DNA from: an uncultured Clostridium sp.
Lineage (GTDB): Bacteria; Bacillota; Clostridia; TANB77; CAG-508
Length of the DNA stretch: 50,219 bases
NCBI GenBank assembly: GCA_947572545.1
Contig: CANPCK010000001.1
Coordinates: forward strand, 1 to 50,219
Direction of reading: 5' to 3'
Positions 30,182-40,632 of the stretch are shown piece by piece (positions within the stretch are counted from its first letter, which is position 1; every line of letters starts with the position of its first letter). The position numbers and the translations under genes are program-made. The notes below the pieces were generated by a model, which saw nothing but the letters and a program-made list of their open reading frames with translations, ran no database searches and had not been told where the DNA came from.

Positions 30182-30856
30182 ATGGAAGCAAAAATTATAG
30201 GAGAAAATTTACCAGCAGTTGTTTGTAAATTAAAAAAAGGAGAATCAATTCTAACAGAAAATGGTGGAATGAGCTGGATGGATAGTGGAATTGCAATGAA
30301 AACAACAACAAATGGTGGAATAATGAAAGGACTAGGAAGAGCGTTTGCAGGAGAATCACTTTTCATGAATGTATATACAGCAGAAAAAGATGATGTAGAA
30401 ATTGGATTTTCGTCATGTTTCCCAGGAAAAATATTAGAATTTGACTTAAAAGAAGGAGAAACAATAATTGCACAAAAAAGAGCATTTTTATGTTCAGAAA
30501 ATACAGTAGATATAGCAATGCAATTTCGTAAAAAATTAGGAGCAGGATTTTTTGGAGGAGAAGGATTTATCATGCAAAAAATAACAGGACCAGGAAAAGT
30601 GTTCTTAGAAATAGATGGATCAGTGGTAGAAAAAGAATTGCAAGCAGGAGAAAAACTAAAAGTAGACAATGGATATGTAGCAGCTATGACAAAAGATGTA
30701 CAGTTAAATATAGAAACAGTAAAAGGAATGAAAAACATAATATTTGGAGGAGAAGGATTATTTTTAACAACATTAGAAGGACCAGGAAAAGTATGGTTAC
30801 AAACAATGCCTATATCAAAACTATCAAGCTTGTTATATGTTAGAACAGCAAATTAA
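30182..30856 (+). CDS. TIGR00266/DUF124-family protein
   Basis: 224 aa, including ..GGMSWMD..GFFGGEGF..GGEGLF.. repeats typical of the family. Confidence 0.78.
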   Translation: MEAKIIGENLPAVVCKLKKGESILTENGGMSWMDSGIAMKTTTNGGIMKGLGRAFAGESLFMNVYTAEKDDVEIGFSSCFPGKILEFDLKEGETIIAQKRAFLCSENTVDIAMQFRKKLGAGFFGGEGFIMQKITGPGKVFLEIDGSVVEKELQAGEKLKVDNGYVAAMTKDVQLNIETVKGMKNIIFGGEGLFLTTLEGPGKVWLQTMPISKLSSLLYVRTAN

Positions 30857-30864
30857 ATAAGAAA

Positions 30865-30892
30865 AAAGAGCCCTAAACAAGGCTCTTTTATT
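30865..30892 (+). terminator. Rho-independent terminator
   Basis: AAAGAGCC ctaaacaa GGCTCTTT followed by TATT. Confidence 0.6.
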
Positions 30893-30893
30893 A

Positions 30894-30927
30894 TTGAATA
30901 GTCAAAATCACAGATTTTGACTATTAA
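30894..30927 (+). repeat. Short palindromic repeat, copy 2
   Basis: ttgaatagtcaaaatc acag gattttgactattaa, a near-perfect hairpin. Confidence 0.6.
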
Positions 30928-31050
30928 TGGTGCAGAATATACTGATCATGGCGAAGGCTCAATGGGAGTTAGAATTACTTCAAGTATGAAGAATAGAATT
31001 GAAAGTTTAAAGTAAGTAATATTTAAAATCTGATGTATAAAAGCAGTGGA

Positions 31051-31080
31051 TTGACATATAAAAAATATTTAGTATATAAT
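31051..31080 (+). promoter_or_regulatory. Putative promoter
   Basis: TTGACA, 18-nt spacer, TATAAT. Confidence 0.45.
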
Positions 31081-31111
31081 AATTATCAAAAGCGAAAGGA
31101 ATAAAACATTT

Positions 31112-31898
31112 ATGAAAAATAAAAAAGTACTAATATTTTTACTACTAATATTAATAACATTAGTATCCATATTACTAATATACACTATTACTATGTCAAA
31201 AAAAGAACAAGAGATTTTAGATATAGATGAATATTTAGACAGTCAAGAACCAATAGAAGTAAGAGCCGTAATAATAAAAGTAAAAGAAGAAACTTTAGGA
31301 GTTATGAGCCTAGACGAACAATATACAAAATATCAAAATGGTAAAACAGAAAATGTAAATTTATATAATATTTCATTTGGTAACGAGGGAAATATTGGTT
31401 TCAAAGAAGGGCAAGAAATTGTATTTTACTATACAGGAGTTGTAAAAGCAATGAGCCCAGGTATGATAACACGGAGTTAAAAAAATAGAAATTGTAAAAG
31501 AAGAAAGTAATATCAGAATACCAGAATATGCTTTAAGATTTTATAACAATTCAGTAGATGAAGTTTATGCTTCAATAAATAAAATTACTAATGATTATAT
31601 AGACATTATAATTATAGATACAAATGAAATACAATATGAACTTTCTAGTGAATATGAAATGTATAAAGATGGTAAACAGATAGAAATAAAAGCAAATGAT
31701 GTGAGTATTGAGAAAAATGATGATGCATTAAAAATAAGATATAATTGGGCGAAAACTCATGGAAAACTAGATAAAGGAAGCTACAACTTTTATGTAAAAA
31801 GTAAAACAGAACTATCAATGTTCAAAGTCAATATTAGCTTTAGCGTAAATGAAAGTAAAATAATAGAGAATAGTAAAATTGAATGTAGTAGAATATAA
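31112..31898 (+). CDS. Hypothetical membrane-anchored protein, +1 shift at CGGA 31472-31475
   Basis: The N-terminal TM ORF 31112.. ends 2 codons after CGG. The +1 frame runs open from 31473 and merges in frame with ORF 31659..31898 (..SPGMIT-G-VKKIEIVKEES..). Confidence 0.62.
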
Positions 31899-31926
31899 GA
31901 GTATTGTTTGTTACATAATAAAATAG

Positions 31927-31963
31927 ATAATCTCTCAGTTATAGTTATATAACTGAGAGATTA
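31927..31963. terminator. Bidirectional terminator hairpin between convergent genes
   Basis: ATAATCTCTCAGTTATA gt TATAACTGAGAGATTAT. Confidence 0.65.
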
Positions 31964-31970
31964 TTGCTAA

Positions 31971-32429
31971 TTAGCAACTTTGGCAGTTATTAGAGTCTTC
32001 TTCAGAACTTCTGCAATCACAAGGATTTTTTTCCATATATTTGTCGCATTGATCCATTTTAATACCCTTTAAACATTTACCTTTTCTACTACCTTTAGCA
32101 CAAATTTTAAATGTTCTAACTTTGTTTACCCAAACAGTAATAGCATATTTTTTATCTGGGCAAAGAGGTCCAAAAACAAATTCTCCATATTCATCAGTAA
32201 AAGTATGAGAAACAGGTTTTCTAATTTCTTCACCTTTTTCACAATCAACTTCAACAAGTTTTACAACAGCATCTTTTACAGGTTCATGATAACAATCCTT
32301 TATAACACCATATATAACATTACGATTATCTTCTGGTAAGTTAACTTCTATATCATATTGTTTACCTGCTTCCATAAAGCCATCAACTTCAACTATTGGG
32401 CATTTATCTTTATCATTTTCGTATTCCAT
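31971..32429 (-). CDS. Hypothetical protein with a carboxypeptidase-regulatory-like beta-sandwich and a Cys-rich tail
   Basis: 152 aa, including ..GVIKDCYHEPVKDAVVKLVE..TDEYGEFVFGPL.. and a C-terminal CxC/CxxC cluster. Confidence 0.6.
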   Translation of the reverse strand: MEYENDKDKCPIVEVDGFMEAGKQYDIEVNLPEDNRNVIYGVIKDCYHEPVKDAVVKLVEVDCEKGEEIRKPVSHTFTDEYGEFVFGPLCPDKKYAITVWVNKVRTFKICAKGSRKGKCLKGIKMDQCDKYMEKNPCDCRSSEEDSNNCQSC

Positions 32430-32586
32430 AAAATTTCATTCCTTTCTTAAATTGAGCTTGTTTACAAGCTTAATATATATTATGAAAAAAAAAGAAAAAT
32501 GACATAAAAAAATGGAATTTAATAAAAAAATGTTGAAATAAAATTTTAGGTATATTATAATTAAAAAAATGTTGTATGGAGGTAAG

Positions 32587-32706
32587 TTTGAAAAATAATC
32601 AGCATATTGCGTCATTGAACTTTAATTGAAATCAAATCAACGTACACAAGTACGCCTCATTGATTTCAATTTCATTCGCCTATCACTATACTAATTCTTT
32701 TTCAAA
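32587..32706 (+). repeat. Nested-palindrome intergenic repeat, copy B
   Basis: About 85% identical to copy A. The terminal arms are swapped (tttgaaaaa...tttttcaaa versus ttttcaaaa...ttttgaaaa), which preserves pairing. Confidence 0.75.
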
Positions 32707-32739
32707 CTAAAACCTTTTTGAAAGGAATGGTCAGTAATA

Positions 32740-33645
32740 ATGAAACATGTATTAAGTAGTGAACAATACACAAGAGAAGAGCTAGAAGAAATTTTTGAAT
32801 TGACACAAAAAATCAAAGACAATCCAAAAGATTATGCACATAAACTAGACGACAAGATTATAGCGGTAATATTCTATGAGCCAAGTACAAGAACAAGATT
32901 ATCATTTGAAACAGCAGCATTGAAATTAGGAGCAAAAATAATAACAACAGAAAATGCAGGGGAATTTTCATCAGCAGCAAAAGGAGAAACAATACAAGAC
33001 ACAGTAAAAGTTATAGCTGGATATGCAGACGCTTTAGTAATAAGACATAAATCAGAAACATCAGCAATAGATGCTGCAAGTGTAGAAAAATTACCAATAC
33101 TAAATGGAGGAGCAGGAAAAGGAGAACATCCAACACAAGCATTATTAGACCTTTACACAATTAAGAACAAAAAGGGAAAAATAGATGGAGCAAAAGTTGC
33201 GATACTAGGAGACTTATTACATGGAAGAACAATACATTCCCTTATAAGACTATTATCTTTATATGATAATATAGAAATATATGGTTTAAGCAAAGAAGCT
33301 TTTGCATTACCACAAGAATATATAGATATGCTAAAAGAAAGAGGAATAGAGTATAAAAAATGCAATAGTTTTGATGAATTACCAAGAGATTTAGATGTAA
33401 TTTATCATACAAGAATACAAGCAGAAAGATTTGAAGGGGATTTTGGAAAAGAAGAATATATAATAGATAAAAAAGTATTAGATACATTTTCAGATCATAC
33501 AATATTAATGCATCCACTACCAAGAGTGATAGAAATAGCAACAGATGTAGATGATGATCCAAGAGCTTGCTATTTTGAACAAGCACATAATGGACTATAT
33601 GTACGTATGGCATTATTACTTCAAGTATTAGATAGAGCAGAATAA
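32740..33645 (+). CDS. pyrB: Aspartate carbamoyltransferase catalytic subunit
   Basis: ..FYEPSTRTRLSFE..HPTQ..HPLPR.. Confidence 0.93.
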   Translation: MKHVLSSEQYTREELEEIFELTQKIKDNPKDYAHKLDDKIIAVIFYEPSTRTRLSFETAALKLGAKIITTENAGEFSSAAKGETIQDTVKVIAGYADALVIRHKSETSAIDAASVEKLPILNGGAGKGEHPTQALLDLYTIKNKKGKIDGAKVAILGDLLHGRTIHSLIRLLSLYDNIEIYGLSKEAFALPQEYIDMLKERGIEYKKCNSFDELPRDLDVIYHTRIQAERFEGDFGKEEYIIDKKVLDTFSDHTILMHPLPRVIEIATDVDDDPRACYFEQAHNGLYVRMALLLQVLDRAE

Positions 33646-33656
33646 ATATAAAAATA

Positions 33657-33693
33657 AAAGCACTCATTACAATCAAAAATGAGTGCTTTTTTG
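33657..33693 (+). terminator. Rho-independent terminator
   Basis: AAAGCACTCAT ... ATGAGTGCTTT followed by TTTT. Confidence 0.7.
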
Positions 33694-33776
33694 CTAAGAA
33701 AAGTAATTCGCTATTTATGGGGTGTTTATTTTAAAGTATAAATTGGTATAATTTAAGTTAAGAAAGGAGATAAAAA

Positions 33777-34922
33777 ATGGACGTTAAAAAAATAGGAGAA
33801 TTTATAGCTAAAAACCGTAAACTAAAAGGAATGACACAAGAACAGTTAGGAGAAAGGCTAGGTGTTAGCAACAAAACAATATCTCGATGGGAAAATGGAA
33901 ATTATATGCCAGATTTATCGCTATTAAAACCATTAAGTGAAGAGTTAGGAATTACATTAAATGAACTATTAAGTGGAGAAGAAATAGAAAAAGATAATAT
34001 AGAAGAAATTACAGAAAAAAGTATAATAAACACAATAGATTATACTAAAAAGAAAATAAGCAATCAACATAAAAAAACATCTATAACTTTAATGATAGTA
34101 GGTATAATAATAAGTATCTCAGCATTTACGATATTTGATGTAGAAAGTAGTTGGGGGGAAATATATTCAATATTAGGAAGTTTAATATTTATTATTGGAC
34201 TATATAGAGAATTAAAAATAAAAAGAATATGGAAAAAAATACTTATATCAATAATTATATTTAGTATAATACTAACAGTATTTTTTGTAACAGACTATAT
34301 AGGAGTGGTAAACTACAAAAGACCACCAAGATATAGATATGCAACTAAAACAACAAATATTATTTCATACTATAATCTATTCTATAATGTATATAGAATA
34401 AATGCAAATACAAAAAATGAATACTACATAATAGATGTTAAAAAAGAATATAATTCAGAAACTGTACCAATATTTCCATTTAATAAAGAAAGAAGCGGAA
34501 TAGATAGCATAATTAAATATCAAAATAAATATATAGGAAACAATAGTAACATTGGAAATTTAATAGAAAGATTACCACTTTCAGAATATAGTTATGTATT
34601 TCAGATTGATTCAGAAAATTTTGGATTAATTATAAACTATAATACAACAGACTGGTATAATAATGAAAATCTATATATAGAAAAAAGTTTAGTATATAAT
34701 ACTGTTTCAATATTTGGTTTAATAGAAAATGTAGAATATATAAAATATAATTTTAGTGGTAATTCTTATAAAGTAACTAGAAGAGAAGTAGAAGAAAAGT
34801 ATCCAAACTATTCTAAAATAGTAGAAAACAAAAAGATAAATAAAGAAGAATTTACAAACTGTGTAGAGCAAAAAATGAATGATAATGACTTTATAGAAAA
34901 AGTATATAAAGAAATAATTTAA
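33777..34922 (+). CDS. XRE-type HTH protein fused to TM segments and an extracytoplasmic domain (DUF4825-like, tentative)
   Basis: N-terminal ..GMTQEQLGERLGVSNKTISRWENG.., followed by three TM helices. Confidence 0.72.
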   Translation: MDVKKIGEFIAKNRKLKGMTQEQLGERLGVSNKTISRWENGNYMPDLSLLKPLSEELGITLNELLSGEEIEKDNIEEITEKSIINTIDYTKKKISNQHKKTSITLMIVGIIISISAFTIFDVESSWGEIYSILGSLIFIIGLYRELKIKRIWKKILISIIIFSIILTVFFVTDYIGVVNYKRPPRYRYATKTTNIISYYNLFYNVYRINANTKNEYYIIDVKKEYNSETVPIFPFNKERSGIDSIIKYQNKYIGNNSNIGNLIERLPLSEYSYVFQIDSENFGLIINYNTTDWYNNENLYIEKSLVYNTVSIFGLIENVEYIKYNFSGNSYKVTRREVEEKYPNYSKIVENKKINKEEFTNCVEQKMNDNDFIEKVYKEII

Positions 34923-34960
34923 AAAATCAATAGACATTTAGAAAAATTTCTAAATGTCTA

Positions 34961-34989
34961 TTGACAATTATAATGGAAAATAGTATACT
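34961..34989 (+). promoter_or_regulatory. Putative promoter of the ArsR/SdpI-like operon
   Basis: TTGACA, 17-nt spacer, TATACT. Confidence 0.5.
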
Positions 34990-34991
34990 AT

Positions 34992-35011
34992 ATTTAGATA
35001 ATTATCTAAAT
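34992..35011. promoter_or_regulatory. Perfect 20-bp palindrome, probable operator of the ArsR-family repressor
   Basis: atttagataa|ttatctaaat lies between the -10 element and the RBS. A related inverted repeat (catttag..ctaaatg) is in the hairpin at 34928-34963. Confidence 0.55.
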
Positions 35012-35031
35012 GAGATAAAGGAGGTAAATAT

Positions 35032-35310
35032 ATGGGAATGTCAGAGGTATTAAAAGCAATTTCAGATCCAGCAAGAAGAGAAATATTAGAAATGTTAAAA
35101 GAAGGAAAAAAGACAGCAGGAGAAATTGCAAGCAAATTTAATCTAACAGGAGCAACAGTATCATACCATTTATCAACACTAAAAAAAGCAGGTTTAATAG
35201 CAGAAACGAAGTATAAAAAATATATTTTCTATGAACTGAACATTTCTGTATTTGAAGAAGTATTGATATGGATAAAAGGATTAGGAGGGAATATAAATGA
35301 AAAAAATTAA
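35032..35310 (+). CDS. ArsR/SdpR-family transcriptional repressor
   Basis: ..LKAISDPARREILEML..GEIASKFNLTGATVSYHLSTLKKAGLI.. Confidence 0.85.
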   Translation: MGMSEVLKAISDPARREILEMLKEGKKTAGEIASKFNLTGATVSYHLSTLKKAGLIAETKYKKYIFYELNISVFEEVLIWIKGLGGNINEKN

Positions 35311-35917
35311 TAAAAAAATGTTAATAATAACAAGTATGATTTGCTTATTACCAATAATTATAGGAATAGCATTTTATAATACTTTACCAGAAAATATTGC
35401 AATTCACTTTGATATAAATAACAATCCTGATAATTACTTCCCAAAAGCAGTATTTGTGTTTGGAATGCCAGCAATAATGTTAATAATTCAAGTATTTTGC
35501 TGCATAATAAGTGATTTATCAGATAAAAATCCAGAAGCAAATAAAAAAGCAATAACAGTATATAAATTGATAATACCAATACTATCTATTATTATATATT
35601 GTGTAACAATTATGTATTCTACTGGAAAAGCAATAGATATTAGAAAAATAGTTATGTGTATACTTGGAATAATGTTTATAGTAATAGGAAATTATCTTCC
35701 AAAAACAATAGGCAGCCATAAATTTCCAAAGATAAAAGATGAAAAGATAGAGAAAAAGATGCTAAGAGTTTCTGGGTATATTCTTATAATAAATGGAATA
35801 TTTGCTATAATAAGTATATTGTTTAGACCAATAGTAAGTGTAGTATTAATAAGTTTATTAGTATTAGAGACAATAATAATGTTTATATATGCTATAAATG
35901 CTAGTAGAAGTGTATAA
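35297..35917 (+). CDS. SdpI/YhfL-family membrane protein
   Basis: Multi-TM protein. It overlaps the upstream ArsR gene, the typical sdpR-sdpI arrangement. Confidence 0.72.
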   Translation: MKKINKKMLIITSMICLLPIIIGIAFYNTLPENIAIHFDINNNPDNYFPKAVFVFGMPAIMLIIQVFCCIISDLSDKNPEANKKAITVYKLIIPILSIIIYCVTIMYSTGKAIDIRKIVMCILGIMFIVIGNYLPKTIGSHKFPKIKDEKIEKKMLRVSGYILIINGIFAIISILFRPIVSVVLISLLVLETIIMFIYAINASRSV

Positions 35918-36344
35918 AGCTCAAAAAATTGTTAAAATGTGTTATGGAAAGCTGAAAAAGGTAAATATCATTTTATTTGCCAACTTCTTACTTAAGTAGG
36001 AAAGGTAGCATATTTCTATATAAGGCGTAAAGACGGAAAAGAACTTTTGTGGATAGAAAGTATTTGCCCATTGGATATTCTCTAAACTTTGGGCTGCATA
36101 TAAATTGAAAATTCGTTTTCCCGAAAGAAAAGGAAGTCTCAGGAATATTCCTGAGCCTTCTGGCATGTAAATGAGAAAGAGAATGGCTAAAAACAAAAGA
36201 AATTATTAGAAGAAAGATAGGTTTTGGTAATTAAGGGACTGATAATAAAGTTGGTCCTTTTAAAATATATTTATTGAAAAAAAAATCGAATTATGATAGA
36301 ATGATTTTACTTTGAAGGAAACTAGAAAGGTAATGCTTAAGTAG

Positions 36345-37720
36345 ATGGAAATATTAGATTTTGAAAAAGAATATATAAACAAAGTAAAAGAAATAAATCA
36401 AGGAAAGAAACTGAAATACAATATATTAACAATGGGCTGTATGCTTAATGAAAACGACTCAGAAAAATTATGTGGAATGATAGAAGAAATGGGTTATGAA
36501 AAATGTGAAGATGCTCAAAAATCAGATTTAATTGTATTTAATACATGTTGCGTTAGAGAAAACGCAGAAGACAAACTATTTGGAAAACTAGGAGAATTAA
36601 AAAAGTATAAAAAAGACACTGGAGCAATTATTGCTATCGGTGGTTGTATGATGCAAGAAAAACATATACAAGAAAAATTAAAAACAAGTTATCCATATTT
36701 TGATATTATGTTTGGAACACATACATTAAACAAATTTCCAGAAGACCTATATAAGACAATATTAGACAAAAAAAAGATAACAGATGTAATAGATATAGAT
36801 GGAGAAATCTATGAAGGTATGCCAATAAAAAGAGAAAATAAAGTAAAAGCATCTGTAACTATAATGTATGGATGTAATAACTTTTGTACATATTGCATAG
36901 TTCCTTATGTAAGAGGAAGAGAAAGAAGCAGAAAGCCAGAAGATATAATAGGAGAAATAAAAGATTTAGCACAAGAAGGATATAAAGAAATAACACTTTT
37001 AGGGCAAAATGTAAATTCATATAATGGAGGAAACGGATACAAATTTTCAAATCTTCTAAAAGATGTAAACAAAATAGAAGGAATTGAGTTAATAAGATTT
37101 ATATCACCACACCCAAAAGACTTTACAGAAGATGTTATAGAAGCAATAAAAACATCTGATAAAGTATGCAAAATATTACATCTTCCACTTCAATCAGGAA
37201 GTACAAATGTATTAAAAAGAATGAATAGAAAATATACAAAAGAACAATATTTAAACTTAGCAAAAAAAATAAAAAAAGAAATACCAAATGTTGTATTTTC
37301 AACAGATATAATAGTGGGATTTCCAGGAGAAACGGAAGAAGACTTTGAAGATACTTTAGATGTAGTTAGAGAAATGAAATATGAACAGGTATTTATGTTT
37401 ATATATTCGAATAGGAAGCGGAACCCCAGCAGACACAATGGAAGGACAAATTCCAGAAGAAATAAAACATAAAAGATTTGATAGATTAAAGGAATTAGTA
37501 GAAAGCCAAGTAGAAGAAAATAATAGTAAATACTTAGGAACTATACAAAAAGTACTAGTTGAGGGAAAGAGCAAGACAAATAAAGAAATGCTTTCACGGA
37601 AGAACAGAAACAAACAAAGTAGTAATATTTGAAGGAACAGATGAACTAATAAACACAATAGCTAATGTAGAGATAATTCAAGATTGTTTATGGTATTTAA
37701 AAGGAAAATTAGAAAAATAG
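36345..37720 (+). CDS. miaB: tRNA-2-methylthio-N6-dimethylallyladenosine synthase MiaB, two +1 shifts at CGGA (37419, 37597)
   Basis: Radical-SAM motif CNNFCTYCIVP. ..[48 protein letters not shown].. (TRAM domain). Confidence 0.9.
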
Positions 37721-37865
37721 ATATAAAGTTAGAAAAGAGTTGCATTTTGGCTAGGCATGTGAGACAAATATTGCATTCAACATACTAATGTATGTTGAAT
37801 GGGAAGTTGTCCGAGTAGTAACGATGCCAAAATCCAATCATTTGTTAACGAAAGGAGATAATAAA

Positions 37866-40477
37866 ATGGCAGAATACTCACCCATGATGCAACACTATTT
37901 AGATACAAAAGAACAATATAAAGACTGTATATTGTTTTACAGACTAGGAGACTTCTATGAGATGTTTTTTGAAGATGCACAAACAGCATCGAGAGAACTT
38001 GAAATAACTTTAACAGGAAGAGACTGTGGACAAGAAGAAAGAGCGCCAATGTGCGGTGTGCCATATCATGCAGCAAATATGTATATAGCAAAACTTATAG
38101 AAAAAGGATATAAAGTTGCAATATGTGAACAATTAGAAGACCCAAAAGCAGCAAAAGGAATAGTAAAAAGAGATGTAATAAGAGTTGTAACACCAGGAAC
38201 ACTAGTAGAAGACAATTTACTAGAAGAAAAGAAGAATAATTATATAATGTCAATATATAAACAAGGGATATTCTTTGGAATAGCTGTGTGTGATATATCA
38301 ACAGGAGACTTTTTAACATCACAAATAAAAGAAACAAACAATTTCGCAAAATTACTAGACGAGATTGCAAGATATTACCCAGCAGAAATAGTAGTAAATG
38401 AAATGATGTATTCTTCATCAGAAGAAATAGGAAAAATAAAAGAAAGAATAGACTGCTATATATCAAATGTAGAAGATATAAAATTTAAATTTGATATAGA
38501 AAAACTAAAAGAACGATACAAAATTGAAAATGATAGTGGAGAAGAAATAAAAGAACTTGCAGACAAAGAATTTGCACTCGCAGCATCAAATGGGTTACTT
38601 GAATACATAATGCAAACACAAAAAGTAGAAATGGAACACTTAAATATTATAAAAATATATAATATAACAAAATATATGGCACTAGATATAAGCGCTAGAA
38701 GAAACCTAGAGCTAATAGAAAGAATGAAAGACAAAAGTAAAAGAGGAACATTGCTTTGGGTATTAGATAAAACATGTACATCAATGGGAGGAAGAATGCT
38801 TAGAAGATGGATAAGTGATCCACTTATAGATGTAAATGAAATAAATCGGAAGACTAGATGCAGTAAAAGAATTAAAATCAAATATGATGCTTAGAGGAGA
38901 TGTAATAGACAGTCTAAAAAAGATATTTGATATAGAAAGAATAGCAGGAAAAATTGCGTATGGAAATGCAAATGCAAGAGACATGTTATCACTAAAATCA
39001 TCAGTTTCAAAACTTCCAGAATTAAAAAATATTTTATCAAATGCAAAAACAACAATGTTAAAAGGAATTTATCAAGACCTAGACGAACTAAAAGACATAT
39101 ATGAATTAATAGAAAAATCAATAATAGAAGAACCAGGAATAACTATAACAGAAGGAAATATTATAAAACAAGGATATAATGAAGAAGTAGATAAATTAAA
39201 AGAAGCATCAACCAATGGAAAAGTCTGGCTTGTAGAGCTAGAAACAAAGGAAAAAGAAGAAACAGGAATAAAAAACTTAAAAGTAGGATTTAACAAAGTA
39301 TTTGGATACTATATAGAAGTTACAAAATCAAATATAAATCTAGTTCCAGAAAGATATGTTAGAAAACAAACACTAACAAATGGAGAAAGATATATAACAG
39401 AAGAATTAAAGAAACTAGAAGACGTAATACTTGGTTCAGAGGGAAAATTAGTAGATTTAGAATATAAGCTATTCTTAGAAATTAGAGAAAAAATTTCCAA
39501 AGAAATTCCAAGAATACAAAAAACAGCGGAAGTAATTTCTACATTAGATGTACTTTGTTCATTTGCACAAGTTGCAGAAGACTTAAACTATGTAATGCCA
39601 GTAGTAGATAATAGTGGAGAAATAAACATAGAAGAAGGAAGGCATCCAGTAATTGAAAAAATGATCACATCAGGAAGTTTTGTACCAAATGATACATATA
39701 TGAATAAAGATAGTGACAGACTTGGAATAATCACAGGACCAAACATGGCAGGAAAATCAACATATATGAGACAAGTTGCACTAATAACACTAATGGCACA
39801 GATACGGAAGTTTTGTACCAGCAAGAAGTGCTAAAATTGGAGTAGTAGACAAAATCTTTACAAGAGTAGGAGCATCAGACGATTTAAGTATGGGTCAAAG
39901 TACCTTTATGGTAGAAATGATGGAAGTAGCAAATATTTTAAAAGAAGCAACACAAAATAGTTTAGTAATACTTGATGAGATAGGAAGAGGAACATCAACA
40001 TATGATGGACTATCTATTGCATGGGCAGTAGCAACATTTATGGCAGATAAGGAAAAATGTGGAGCAAAAACACTATTTGCAACACACTATCATGAATTAA
40101 CAAAACTAGAAGAAAGAGTAGAAGGAGTAAAGAATTACTCAATAGCAGTAAAAGAAAAAGGAGAAGACATAATTTTCCTAAGAAAAATCGTAAAAGGTGG
40201 AACAGATGAAAGCTATGGAATACATGTTGCAAGACTAGCAGGAGTTCCAAAAGAAGTGCTAAAAAATGCAAGAGAAATATTAAAAAATCTAGAAAGAAAA
40301 AGTATGCTTGGAGAAAAGAATATGGAAAAAGCAGAAAAGCAAGGAGCAGGGCAATTAGATATGTATAATTATAAGATTGCAGAAATAGCACACGAACTAG
40401 ACAAAATTAATGTAAATGAACTTACCCCTATTGATGCAATGAATATTTTAGTTAAATTAAAAGAAAGTGCAAGTTAA
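37866..40477 (+). CDS. mutS: DNA mismatch repair protein MutS, two +1 shifts at CGGA (38847, 39805)
   Basis: [102 protein letters not shown].. Confidence 0.92.
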
Positions 40478-40588
40478 TTTGAAAAATAAACGTCGCATAA
40501 TTTTGTTGCAATTCAGTCAATTTCCAATCAACGTGCAAAAAGCACGCCTCATGGAATATTGACTTCGCGTGCTTAGTTCTGTTCGTTT
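40478..40588 (+). repeat. Nested-palindrome intergenic repeat, diverged copy C
   Basis: tttgaaaaataaacgtcgc...caatcaacgtgcaaaaagcacgcctcat...cgtttcttttccaaa. The central hairpin cgtgc/gcacg covaries with cgtac/gtacg of copies A and B. Confidence 0.6.
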
Positions 40589-40632
40589 CTTTTCCAAATT
40601 TAATCTAAAATTGAAGAAAGGATTAAGTTAAA

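Noticed and set aside
30928-31017. Short open frame (INGAEYTDHGEGSMGVRITSSMKNRIESLK*) that might be the C-terminal remnant of a gene.
   Set aside because: About 30 codons with no start, no RBS and no recognisable family. The evidence is insufficient.
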